NCBI GenBank assembly: GCA_045598585.1
Contig: JAZLMG010000023.1
Span: forward strand, 6,051-70,050
Length of the DNA: 64,000 nt
Source: Kiritimatiellia bacterium
GTDB lineage: Bacteria > Verrucomicrobiota > Kiritimatiellia > RFP12 > UBA1067
Direction: 5' to 3'
Shown here: positions 6,834 through 15,215 of the stretch, piece after piece
Numbering within the stretch: position 1 is the first letter of the stretch
Layout of the letters: each line of letters opens with the position of its first letter
Notes under the pieces: model-generated
Database searches by the model: none
What the model was told of the DNA's origin: nothing
Seen by the model: only the letters and a program-made list of their open reading frames with translations
Position numbers and translations under genes: made by a program

Positions 6834-7924
6834 GAGATACGAAGAGGCATGAGAACGTAGAGGAAAGGAATGGAGCACTTGATAACCGCAGGCGAGTGAC
6901 CGTCGTTCAAGTTGATCGTGACTTCATCATCATCGATGGCCTTCAAAGGATCCATGACGTAAGAAGGATTGAACATAATCTCGATGTTCTCACCCGCGTA
7001 CTTAATCGGCACTTCATCTTTCGCTTCACCGATGTCGGACGCGGCGGAAGTTACGGTAAGCTTGCCGGCGGAGAAAATGAGCTTAGTCGAGTGAGCTTCG
7101 TCCATCGTCATAACGCTCGCACGATCAAGCGCGTTCAAAAGAAGCTGACGATCAATAGTGATCTTTTCCTTCGTTTCCTTCGGGATGACCTGACTATAGT
7201 TCGGATAAGCTTCTTCCATGAGCTTCGAGTAAATCATCATCGAACCCAAGTTGAAAGAAATCTGACCCTTTTGAATCATGAGAGTAATCTCTCCTTCTCC
7301 GGAGAGAGAACGCATAAGTTCCTGAACGGCCTTGAAAGGAAGCACGATGTCCTTTTCGGCAGTCTTCGAAAATTCCATTTCTTTTTCGACGAGAGCGAGA
7401 CGACGACCGTCGGTTGCAACCATCGTAAGCTTCTCATCCTTGAAGCTCATGAGAACACCCTTCAAGCTACGACGAGTATCATCCTGGCTCGCGGCATAGC
7501 TGGTCTTGCGAAGCATTTCGCGTAAGGTTGCCTGCTCAATCGAGTAAATAGAAGCTTCTTCATCTTTAGGAAGACGAGGAAACTCGCTTTCAGCCATACC
7601 GGACAAACGGAACTTCGCACTGCCGGCGGAGATGGTCGCTTTTTCATGAGCGTCAACTTCTACGACAACGGGACCTTCGGCCATCTTCTGAATCGAGGAG
7701 AAAAGAAGCTTGACGGGAAGAGTTGTGGAACCGGCTTCTTCAACTACGCATTCTACGGTCGTCTTGATCGAAATGTCAAGATCGGTAGTGGTCATGGTAA
7801 GCTCTTTACCGACGGCTTCGATTTTGACGTTCTGCAAGATAGGCAAAGAAAGCTTGCCACCTACAATGTTCTGAACACCTTTAAGTCCTTCGATGAACTT
7901 ATTTCTGAGTATTGTGAATTTCAT
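6830..7924 (-). CDS. dnaN: DNA polymerase III beta sliding clamp
   Basis: MKFTILRNKFIEGLKGVQNIV… is the canonical DnaN N-terminus. The length (~364 aa) and position directly downstream of dnaA also fit. The track ORF extends 8 codons further, to a GTG at 7948. Confidence 0.95.
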   Translation of the reverse strand: MKFTILRNKFIEGLKGVQNIVGGKLSLPILQNVKIEAVGKELTMTTTDLDISIKTTVECVVEEAGSTTLPVKLLFSSIQKMAEGPVVVEVDAHEKATISAGSAKFRLSGMAESEFPRLPKDEEASIYSIEQATLREMLRKTSYAASQDDTRRSLKGVLMSFKDEKLTMVATDGRRLALVEKEMEFSKTAEKDIVLPFKAVQELMRSLSGEGEITLMIQKGQISFNLGSMMIYSKLMEEAYPNYSQVIPKETKEKITIDRQLLLNALDRASVMTMDEAHSTKLIFSAGKLTVTSAASDIGEAKDEVPIKYAGENIEIMFNPSYVMDPLKAIDDDEVTINLNDGHSPAVIKCSIPFLYVLMPLRIS

Positions 7925-7948
7925 GTTGCCTGTTCCCTTTTCTACCAC

Positions 7949-8191
7949 CTAACTTGTATTATATCAAATACTGCTACAGAATGAAATACTTATCTTATTA
8001 CTATTATTATTTTGTTGATAGTGTTGATAACTGAGTCTGTAGCCTTGCTTTTATTGATTGAGCCTTTTATTTGATATGTGAATAAGGTTTTTGATTGGAG
8101 GTTTAACTTTGGTTGATTAGTTTAGTCGGTTGTTAAGAGATGTTGATAGGTTATAGCTTTATTGACAATATATATTGGCTTTAAGAGCAAG
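7949..8191. promoter_or_regulatory. AT-rich dnaA-dnaN spacer with a DnaA-box-like cluster (oriC candidate part)
   Basis: TGTTGATAG at 8013-8021, TGTTGATAA at 8022-8030 and TGTTGATAG at 8141-8149. These are the reverse complement of (T/C)TATCAACA, one mismatch from TTATCCACA. Four weaker TTGAT(T/A) copies start near 8054, 8070, 8090 and 8112. Confidence 0.55.
7958..7966 (-). promoter_or_regulatory. extended -10 box TGATATAAT upstream of dnaN
   Basis: Plus strand ATTATATCA at 7958-7966, 34 nt upstream of the ATG at 7924. Confidence 0.4.
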
Positions 8192-9601
8192 TTATTTGGT
8201 TATCTCATCGGAGAGTTGATAACCTAAAGATCCTAAGATTTCCGAGATTGAATTCTTAAGTTCAGGTTCGGTTTCGATGCGCTTTTCAATAGTTCGTACG
8301 CCATGGAGAATGGTAGCATGAGACTTATCGAAGCTCTTGGCAATCTCCGGAAGAGAGTGAACGGTATACTTTCTACTGATGAACATCGATACTTGGCGCG
8401 GAGTTACCAAGGTTTGAGTTCTTTCGGCTGAAAGAATCTGAGACATGGTAACATTGTACTTCTTAGCTACTGCGCTTTGAATTTCTTCAACCGTAAGACG
8501 CTTTCGAGATTGTTCTTTTTCGATGGAGTCTTTAAGTAAGTATTGAAGCATGTTGTTATCGAGTCTCACATTAGGTTGTGAGGATAAGAAGATGGCAACT
8601 TTACTTAAAGCCCCTTCCATAGCTCTTACATGGCTCTTAATGTGATAAGCGATAAACTCGAGAAATGTACTTTCTATTTGAAGATTGGAGTCTTCACATT
8701 TCTTTTTAAGAATGGCTAATCGAGTTTCATAGCTAGGAGATTCGACTTCTTGAACAAAGCCGCCTTCAAAGCGAGAAATAAGACGAGCTTCCAAAGCAGG
8801 TAAGTACTTAGGAGCTACATCGCTCGTCATTACGATCTGCTTCTTAGCTTGCTGAAGAGCATTGAAAGTATTGAAGTATTCTTCCTGAATATCTTTACCA
8901 CGCTGGAAGAACTGAATGTCGTCTAATAGCAGTACGTCTACGGAACGATACTTGTTTCTGAAAACAGGTAACTCGTTTCTTTGCATGTAGTTGACGTACT
9001 CATTCAGAAACTGTTCGGCTGTAAGATAGCAGATTGCAAGCGACGGATTTTTTTCCTTAAGTTCATTTCCGATGGCTTGCATAAGATGGGTCTTACCAAG
9101 ACCTGTACCGCCATGAATGAATAAAGGATTATATCCGGTCTTGCCAGGATTTTCAACTACCGCCTTGGCAGCTGCAAAAGCGAAACTGTTAGAGGGACCT
9201 TTGACGAACTTTTCGAAAGTATAATCGTCATTAAGAGGCATTGTAGAGACGAAGCTTGCAGCTTTTGGAGACTCTATAGGAGAAATCATCTGAGTCTTGG
9301 TTTTCTCAACCAGAATCGGAGCTATAGGTTCTTCTACTTTGAAGATCATGCCTTTATTGCCGGCTCCCGCAAGCATCATGCAGCTTTTGATCTTATCAAG
9401 ATGATTTTCACGGAACTTTTCCGCGGCGTATTCGTTACTGCAGTAAACGACAATATCACTCGAAGTTTCTTCGAGCTTATTAACCAAACCGAAAAGTCTT
9501 TCAACTTGGCTCTTTTCTTCGGCACTTTGAATAGTCATTATGTAGAACTGCTTCACGCGGTCCCACATCGAGTTCAAAGCTTCATTTGGACTTGTATTCA
9601 T
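8192..9601 (-). CDS. dnaA: chromosomal replication initiator DnaA
   Basis: 469 aa. Walker A is GGTGLGKTHLMQAIGNEL. Also seen are the box VII region and the C-terminal DNA-binding helix-turn-helix (…SLPEIAKSFDKSHATILHGVRTIEKR…). Confidence 0.97.
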   Translation of the reverse strand: MNTSPNEALNSMWDRVKQFYIMTIQSAEEKSQVERLFGLVNKLEETSSDIVVYCSNEYAAEKFRENHLDKIKSCMMLAGAGNKGMIFKVEEPIAPILVEKTKTQMISPIESPKAASFVSTMPLNDDYTFEKFVKGPSNSFAFAAAKAVVENPGKTGYNPLFIHGGTGLGKTHLMQAIGNELKEKNPSLAICYLTAEQFLNEYVNYMQRNELPVFRNKYRSVDVLLLDDIQFFQRGKDIQEEYFNTFNALQQAKKQIVMTSDVAPKYLPALEARLISRFEGGFVQEVESPSYETRLAILKKKCEDSNLQIESTFLEFIAYHIKSHVRAMEGALSKVAIFLSSQPNVRLDNNMLQYLLKDSIEKEQSRKRLTVEEIQSAVAKKYNVTMSQILSAERTQTLVTPRQVSMFISRKYTVHSLPEIAKSFDKSHATILHGVRTIEKRIETEPELKNSISEILGSLGYQLSDEITK

Positions 9602-9784
9602 CTTCTTTACTCTATTTCAAATTTTCGAGCAATATTATATCATATATTATGAGGAGTGAGTAAAATAAAGATGTCTTCTTATGTATACAAGTTATCAACA
9701 AATATTGTAGATATCAACAGAAAATGTTAATATGTTAATTATTTTTTGGATATTCCTGCCAGATATTGTCGGATATAGGTGGAC
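9602..9784. promoter_or_regulatory. AT-rich mnmG-dnaA spacer with DnaA-box-like sites and a tandem AT-rich repeat (oriC/DUE candidate part)
   Basis: TTATCAACA at 9692-9700 and ATATCAACA at 9711-9719. A tandem ATGTTAAT-ATGTTAAT at 9724-9739 is followed by TATTTTTT. Confidence 0.5.
9634..9642 (-). promoter_or_regulatory. extended -10 box TGATATAAT upstream of dnaA
   Basis: Plus strand ATTATATCA at 9634-9642, 32 nt upstream of the dnaA ATG at 9601. Confidence 0.45.
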
Positions 9785-11581
9785 TTAAATGTGTCCCCTT
9801 TTAATGATAATAGCGAGGACGGAAATGTCGGCAGGATTCACTCCCGAGATTCTCGAGGCCTGTGCGAGAGTTTCCGGACGATACTTTTTCAGCTTTTCAC
9901 GACTTTCGAAACGAACTGCGTTGCACTTATCGTAGTCGAGCCAATGAGGAATCTTGATGTTTTCGTCGAGCTTTGCCTTTTCAGCCGCCTTGCGCTCTTG
10001 TTCGATGTATGGAGCATAATGACGCATAATATCCAATTCTCCACTGGCTCGTTCGGAGAGTGTTGACTCGATATCCGGATCGTTCTCAGTAACGAGTTTG
10101 TTGAGTAAGGCGTACTCTTGTTTAAAGCAAGATATTTCTTCTTTACTTCTCACACCGATTTTTTCAGCATAGGGAAGCAAGCGATAGATTGCATTATCTT
10201 GTCTTAAGAGTAATCTGCGTTCAGCGCGGCTGGTGAACATTCGATAAGGCTCATCAGTCCCCTTTGTTACCAAGTCATCTATCATTACACCGATGTAGGC
10301 GTCCTGACGACTGAGCACTATTTGATTCTCGCCTTTTACATTTAGCGCGGCATTTATACCTGCCATGATACCTTGCGCAGCAGCTTCTTCATAGCCCGTT
10401 GTACCGTTAATTTGACCGGCGAAGTATAGATTGGAAATTCGCTTTGATTCGAGCGTATGTTTCAGTTCACGCGCATCTATTCCGTCGTATTCAATTGCGT
10501 ATGCATAGGCAAGAAATTCGGCGGCTTCCAATCCGGGTACAGATCTTACCATCTTCTCCTGAATTTCTTTAGGTAAACAGCAACTCAATCCATTAGGATA
10601 TATTATTTCTCCTTCTGAATCTTCCGGCTCGAGCATTACATGATGCTGCTCTGCGGTTGCAAATCTTACAATTTTATCTTCAATACTTGGGCAATATCTT
10701 ACACCCGTACCCTCAATCGCCCCACCATAAAGAGCGGACTTATCCAGATTATCTCTTATGATTTGGTGGGTTATTGGGGTTGTATGAGTCATCCAACACG
10801 GCTTCTCAGGTAGTGTTCCACATGGAACACCGCCCAATTTTACTTGATTTGTTCCACGTGGAACAGTTGAATTTCCGATAAGGTTATTATGTTGCACGTG
10901 GAACAGAGGGCGAGGTAAAAGACCATCTTGTCGCGTACAAACCTTAAAATTGCAGCTTGATGCAGTGAGTCGTGGAGGTGTTCCGGTCTTGAGGCGGATT
11001 AATTTAAATCCGAGTTGAGATAAAGAAGTTGATAATTCATCAACCGCAGGACGATTATCGCCTCCTGATTTTTCGGATTCTTTGCCGATCCAAGTTCTGC
11101 CGCGAAGGGTAGTGCCGGCAGTAATAACGACGGTTTTTGAGTTGATTTCACCGTGATTTTCGGTGGCTATTCCGATGACTTTATTGTCCGATGTAAGTAT
11201 GCGAATCGCGGCATCTTCGATAACCGTAAGATTAGTTTGATTTAATACAACCGATTGCATGCGCTCTGTATACTCATTCTTAGCGCATTGAGTACGGGTT
11301 GCGTGAACTGCCGGACCACGAGAAAGATTGAGAGTCTTCGATTGAAGGGCGGTGGCATCAGCGTTTTTACCCATCTCTCCACCTAATGCATCAAGCTCGT
11401 AAACGAGGTGACTTTTGGCTAGCCCGCCGATTGAAGGGTTGCACGGCATACGCCCGATAGCATCGATTCGGGTTGTGATGAGAAGGGTATTGAGGCCCAT
11501 ACGAGCTGAAACGAGAGATGCTTCGCTTCCGGCATGACCGCCTCCAACTACGATAACGTCAAATACAGGATAATTATTCAT
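9785..11581 (-). CDS. mnmG: tRNA uridine 5-carboxymethylaminomethyl modification enzyme MnmG (GidA)
   Basis: 598 aa. N-terminal FAD motif is [15 protein letters not shown]. Also present are [25 protein letters not shown] and [18 protein letters not shown]. Confidence 0.97.
   Translation of the reverse strand: MNNYPVFDVIVVGGGHAGSEASLVSARMGLNTLLITTRIDAIGRMPCNPSIGGLAKSHLVYELDALGGEMGKNADATALQSKTLNLSRGPAVHATRTQCAKNEYTERMQSVVLNQTNLTVIEDAAIRILTSDNKVIGIATENHGEINSKTVVITAGTTLRGRTWIGKESEKSGGDNRPAVDELSTSLSQLGFKLIRLKTGTPPRLTASSCNFKVCTRQDGLLPRPLFHVQHNNLIGNSTVPRGTNQVKLGGVPCGTLPEKPCWMTHTTPITHQIIRDNLDKSALYGGAIEGTGVRYCPSIEDKIVRFATAEQHHVMLEPEDSEGEIIYPNGLSCCLPKEIQEKMVRSVPGLEAAEFLAYAYAIEYDGIDARELKHTLESKRISNLYFAGQINGTTGYEEAAAQGIMAGINAALNVKGENQIVLSRQDAYIGVMIDDLVTKGTDEPYRMFTSRAERRLLLRQDNAIYRLLPYAEKIGVRSKEEISCFKQEYALLNKLVTENDPDIESTLSERASGELDIMRHYAPYIEQERKAAEKAKLDENIKIPHWLDYDKCNAVRFESREKLKKYRPETLAQASRISGVNPADISVLAIIIKRGHI
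10814..10905. other. cluster of three parS-like 16-bp palindromes inside mnmG
   Basis: TGTTCCACATGGAACA at 10814-10829, TGTTCCACGTGGAACA at 10850-10865 (perfect palindrome) and TGTTGCACGTGGAACA at 10890-10905. The known ParB-site consensus is TGTTNCACGTGAAACA. Confidence 0.6.
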
Positions 11582-11591
11582 AGCACTGATT

Positions 11592-11600
11592 ATTATATCA
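11592..11600 (-). promoter_or_regulatory. extended -10 box TGATATAAT upstream of mnmG (near-leaderless)
   Basis: Plus strand ATTATATCA at 11592-11600. The last T of the -10 lies 11 nt from the A of the ATG at 11581, which leaves a leader of only a few nt. Confidence 0.4.
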
Positions 11601-11769
11601 AATTATACACTGATTTGTGAACAACTTTAGCGGAATAATTATGAGACAAATTAATATTGCAAAACTTGCAGTTTTGTAATGATTTCCGCGATAATAGTTA
11701 ATTATTATACCTTGTCAAGAGGGAAAATGGCGACTGATATCATCCGATATCTTCAAGTTATCAACAGGC

Positions 11770-11798
11770 TTGCGATTTGGTGGAGAATATGATATAAT
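11770..11798 (+). promoter_or_regulatory. sigma70-type promoter TTGCGA-17 nt-TGATATAAT for the plus-strand metabolic block
   Basis: -35 TTGCGA at 11770-11775 and extended -10 TGATATAAT at 11790-11798, 28 nt upstream of the GTG at 11826. A TTATCAACA box at 11758-11766 abuts the -35. Confidence 0.5.
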
Positions 11799-11825
11799 AT
11801 CAGCGGAAATTGAGAGTTAAGCCAA

Positions 11826-12683
11826 GTGAAAGTAATATATCTTTTTATCGATGGCGTAGGTGTCGCGGCACCTTCTGTTGATAACCCGGTCAATCCCGAG
11901 GTTTGCCCTACGCTTTGTCGATTGATAAAAAATCACTCTAAACCGATTGACGCGTGTCTAGGCGTGGAAGGGCTTCCTCAATCCGCTACCGGTCAGGCCA
12001 CGATGTTCACCGGCAAAAACTGCCCCGAGTTGATGGGAAAGCATTGCGAAGGTTTTCCGGGACCCGCCTTAAGAAAGATAATCGAAGATAACAATATTTT
12101 TCTCCAGCTCAAGCGCCGCGGAAAGAAAGTGAAATTCGCCGATGCGTACTTGATCGATGATGTGGGCCTACTCGAGAATCAGCGTTTCAAGTCGGTAACG
12201 ACCGTAATGGCGCTTACAATGCCGGAAGTCATTTCTACCGTTGAAGATCTAGTGAGCGACGGGGCGGTAATGCAGGATTTGACGCGGGAAACCATTCAAG
12301 ATCGATACCCGGAAATCCCCGTCATCAGTCCCCAGCGCGCGGCTGAGCATCTTTTCCAAGTCGCTCAGAAGAATGATTTCACCTTGTTCGAGTTCTTCCA
12401 GACCGACGTTTCCGGACACTCGATGGACTATGAAAGAGCATGCAATGTTCTACGCACCTACGATAAATTCCTTGCCGTGTTGCTGCGATTCGTCGAAGCG
12501 GCGGGTATAACGTTGGTCATGACCGCAGATCACGGGAATATAGAATGCATGAATGAAAGAGGGCATACCTTGAATCCGGTTCCCTTTATAACCTTCGGTC
12601 CCCGCGAAAAATTCCTCCGCGAGAGAGTGGAAAATCTTACCCAAGTGACCCCCGCATTACTTGCGGCTTTCGATCAATTTTGA
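11826..12683 (+). CDS. metalloenzyme-superfamily protein (alkaline-phosphatase / cofactor-independent phosphomutase-like)
   Basis: 285 aa. N-terminal metal-ligand region is LFIDGVG, followed by LPQSATGQATMFTG and a C-terminal TADHGNIE motif. This is typical of the iPGM/phosphopentomutase-like metalloenzyme domain. The start is GTG. Confidence 0.6.
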   Translation: MKVIYLFIDGVGVAAPSVDNPVNPEVCPTLCRLIKNHSKPIDACLGVEGLPQSATGQATMFTGKNCPELMGKHCEGFPGPALRKIIEDNNIFLQLKRRGKKVKFADAYLIDDVGLLENQRFKSVTTVMALTMPEVISTVEDLVSDGAVMQDLTRETIQDRYPEIPVISPQRAAEHLFQVAQKNDFTLFEFFQTDVSGHSMDYERACNVLRTYDKFLAVLLRFVEAAGITLVMTADHGNIECMNERGHTLNPVPFITFGPREKFLRERVENLTQVTPALLAAFDQF

Positions 12684-12689
12684 TACAAT
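12681..12689 (+). promoter_or_regulatory. putative extended -10 box TGATACAAT upstream of the ROK gene
   Basis: It overlaps the stop codon of the upstream gene. AAAGGAG at 12721-12727 and the ATG at 12736 follow. Confidence 0.3.
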
Positions 12690-12735
12690 ATATAAATAGT
12701 GATTTCAACTAATAATCCATAAAGGAGAAAATACA

Positions 12736-14175
12736 ATGGCCTGCAAATGCAAAAAGTGCTCTTGCAATCATGAGTTCATCGCTCCGATGAGCGTCCTCTG
12801 GGACATCTACTCGGGCATCGAAGGTGACGCGGACGTCGTCTCGATTGCGTGGGAGCGTGAAGAAGGTAAGATTTTCCGCTATGACCTCCCGATTCCGAAG
12901 ACGCTTTCTGCCGATGCGACGAACATCGTCAAGCTCGCCGTCGACCGTATCGCGAAGTTCATCGTTTGGTCCGCGGGTGGTTGGAAGCTTTATCTCTCGG
13001 GTCCCGACAAGATCGTCAAGCCGGTTGCCAAGGCCTACACCAAGAAGGGTGAGCGTGCTTTCGATTATGACTTCTTCACCTCGATCTACGGTCGTCCCGT
13101 CGAAGTCGTCATCGTTCCGCAGGATAAGATGCCCGAGACGAACGAGAAGCCCGCGCTCGTGAAGACTGTTGCCGACGGCTGCCGTATCGGTTTCGACCTC
13201 GGCGCTTCGGACTTCAAGATCTCCGCGCTTAATAAGGGCAAGGTCGTCTTCTCGAAGGAGTTCCCTTGGGATCCCGTTCCTCAGACCGATCCGGAGTATC
13301 ACTATCAGAAGCTCACTGCGGGCCACAAGGAAGCGGCAGCCGCGCTTCCGCGCGTCGATGCTATCGGTGGTTCCACGGCGGGTACGCACGTCGGTCAGAA
13401 GATGGGCATCGCCTCGCTCTTCCGCGGCGTCAAGACCCACAGCCCCGAAAAGTTCGAAACCGCTCAGAACATGTTCTACCGCATCGAAAAGGACTGGGGT
13501 GTTCCGTTCGCGATCTATAACGATGGCGACGTTACCGCACTCGCCGGTATGATCACGATGAACAAGAAGGGCATCCTCGGCGTCGCGATGGGCTCTTCGG
13601 AAGCTGTCGGTTATGTCGACATGAAGGGCCGCATGACGGGCCGCATCTCCGAACTCGCTTTCGCTCCTGTCGACTTCAACCCCCACGCGCCTTGCTGCGA
13701 ATGGTCGGGTGACTTCGGCGTCGGCGCCATGGCGTTCTCGCAGCAGGCCGTCAACTGGCTCGCCCAGAAGTACGGCTTCGAGTTCCCGAAGGAAATGAAG
13801 CTCCCCGAGCGTCTCAAAGTCGTTCAGGCCGCGATGGAGAAGGGCGACAGCCGTGCGCTCAAGGTTTACCTCGAAATCGGCCGCTTCCTCGCGCACGCGA
13901 TTCCGTGGTACAACGAGTTCTACGATTACGAGAACATGATGATTCTCGGTCGCGTCACCTCGGGTCTCGGCGGTGAAGTCATTCTCGAATCGGCGAAGAC
14001 TATCCTCAAGGACGTCTATCCCGAGTGGGCCGAAAAGATCGACATCTTCATGCCCGACGAAAAGGCGCGTCGTCTCGGTCAGTCCGTCGCTGCCGCGCAG
14101 ATTCCGGTCATCAAGGCTGCGAAGGCTCCTGCCAAGAAGCCCTGCGCCAAGAAGTGCTGCAAGAAAGCGAAGTAA
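12736..14175 (+). CDS. ROK-family sugar kinase-like protein with an extra N-terminal domain and Cys/Lys-rich termini
   Basis: 479 aa. The actin-fold/ROK core starts at CRIGFDLGASDFKISAL and includes …IGGSTAGTHV… and YNDGDVTALAG. About 145 aa precede the core. The N-terminus is MACKCKKCSCNHE and the C-terminus is KKPCAKKCCKKAK. Confidence 0.7.
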   Translation: MACKCKKCSCNHEFIAPMSVLWDIYSGIEGDADVVSIAWEREEGKIFRYDLPIPKTLSADATNIVKLAVDRIAKFIVWSAGGWKLYLSGPDKIVKPVAKAYTKKGERAFDYDFFTSIYGRPVEVVIVPQDKMPETNEKPALVKTVADGCRIGFDLGASDFKISALNKGKVVFSKEFPWDPVPQTDPEYHYQKLTAGHKEAAAALPRVDAIGGSTAGTHVGQKMGIASLFRGVKTHSPEKFETAQNMFYRIEKDWGVPFAIYNDGDVTALAGMITMNKKGILGVAMGSSEAVGYVDMKGRMTGRISELAFAPVDFNPHAPCCEWSGDFGVGAMAFSQQAVNWLAQKYGFEFPKEMKLPERLKVVQAAMEKGDSRALKVYLEIGRFLAHAIPWYNEFYDYENMMILGRVTSGLGGEVILESAKTILKDVYPEWAEKIDIFMPDEKARRLGQSVAAAQIPVIKAAKAPAKKPCAKKCCKKAK

Positions 14176-14177
14176 TC

Positions 14178-15215
14178 ATGTCCAATAGAGTCTATTCTAA
14201 GGAAGAGCTTGACCAGGCGCCCGCTCAGTTCGGCATCACCGATCAGACCGACGTCTCGCGTTACGGCTCCGGGCACATCAACGACACTTTCAAAGTCGAA
14301 ACCAAGTCGGGTACGCGCTACATCTTGCAGCGCGTCACCGACGCCTTCGATAAGGAAGTTCTCAAGTCGAACATCATTCGCGTCACGAACCATCTCAAGT
14401 CGAAGGGCGTGAAGACGCTTGAAGTCGTTGGTTACGAGAATCCCTGGCGCGTCTACAAGTTCCTCGAGGGCTATACCTCGGTCGATCAGATCAGCGATCC
14501 CTCTCAGGCGGAACTCGCCGCGGGAGCTTTCGCGGCGTTTCAGAACGCCCTCGCCGATCTCCCCGCGCCCGAGCTTCTCCCCGTCATCAAGAAGTTCCAC
14601 GATACGGTCGATCGTCTTCGCCTCCTCGATGAAGCGAAGAAGGTCAACTACAATAATCGTCTCGCTTTGGTCGAGAAGGAACTCGCGTTCGTCGATGCGC
14701 GCCGCGAAGAAGCGGCGAAGATCGTGACGATGATGGAGAAGGGCGAGATCCCGGTCCGCACGACTCACAACGACACGAAGATCAACAACGTGATGCTCGC
14801 TCCCGACGGCGGGAACGTCGTTATCGACCTCGATACGACGATGCCCGGTTCGGCCCTCTATGACTTCGGCGATATGGTCCGCACCTCGTCCGCCGCTGCC
14901 GCGGAAGACGAAAAGGATCTCTCGAAGGTCTACTCGAAGAAGGAATACTTCGAAGCTCTCGTCAAGGGTTATCTCGCGGGCGCGAAGTTCCTCACGGAAA
15001 ACGAGATTGCGAACCTCGCCTTCTCGGGCCGTCTCATCACGCTCACGATCGGCATCCGCTTCCTCACCGACTTCTTAAACGGCGACACCTACTTCCACAC
15101 GGCCTACGACGACCACAATCTCGTCCGCTGCCGTACCCAGTTCAAGATGGTCGAGTCGATGGAAGAACAGGCGGAGGAATACGAAGCTATCGTAAAGAAG
15201 TATGCCGGAAAATAA
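14178..15215 (+). CDS. N-acetylhexosamine 1-kinase-like phosphotransferase (APH/NahK family)
   Basis: Motifs YGSGHINDTF, RYILQRV, WRVYKF, THNDTKINNVM, IDLDTTMPG, EDEKDLSKV, DHNLVRCRTQFK. From memory these line up along the whole length with Bifidobacterium NahK. The start is set at ATG 14178, 2 nt after the ROK stop. The track ORF begins inside the upstream gene. Confidence 0.75.
   Translation: MSNRVYSKEELDQAPAQFGITDQTDVSRYGSGHINDTFKVETKSGTRYILQRVTDAFDKEVLKSNIIRVTNHLKSKGVKTLEVVGYENPWRVYKFLEGYTSVDQISDPSQAELAAGAFAAFQNALADLPAPELLPVIKKFHDTVDRLRLLDEAKKVNYNNRLALVEKELAFVDARREEAAKIVTMMEKGEIPVRTTHNDTKINNVMLAPDGGNVVIDLDTTMPGSALYDFGDMVRTSSAAAAEDEKDLSKVYSKKEYFEALVKGYLAGAKFLTENEIANLAFSGRLITLTIGIRFLTDFLNGDTYFHTAYDDHNLVRCRTQFKMVESMEEQAEEYEAIVKKYAGK

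Noticed and set aside
6834-7948. Longer start choices from the ORF track: ATG 6878 for the methyltransferase, GTG 7948 for dnaN, TTG 20453, TTG 28693, GTG 49092, TTG 52308, and the ORF beginning at 14025.
   Set aside because: The downstream starts give homologue-like N-termini or proper signal peptides. They have an RBS or start/stop coupling and remove long overlaps with the upstream genes. The exact starts remain unverified.
12709-13896. 395-aa minus-strand ORF opposite the ROK gene. The same situation applies to 14079-14768, 15541-15921, 15915-17111, 48885-50207 and 50167-52209, which lie opposite the NahK-like gene, the SDR, tdh, ackA and pta/kpsF.
   Set aside because: The plus-strand partners have unambiguous family motifs (ROK, APH, SDR, Tdh, AckA, Pta, KpsF). 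The antisense products are arginine- and aspartate-rich with no recognisable features.
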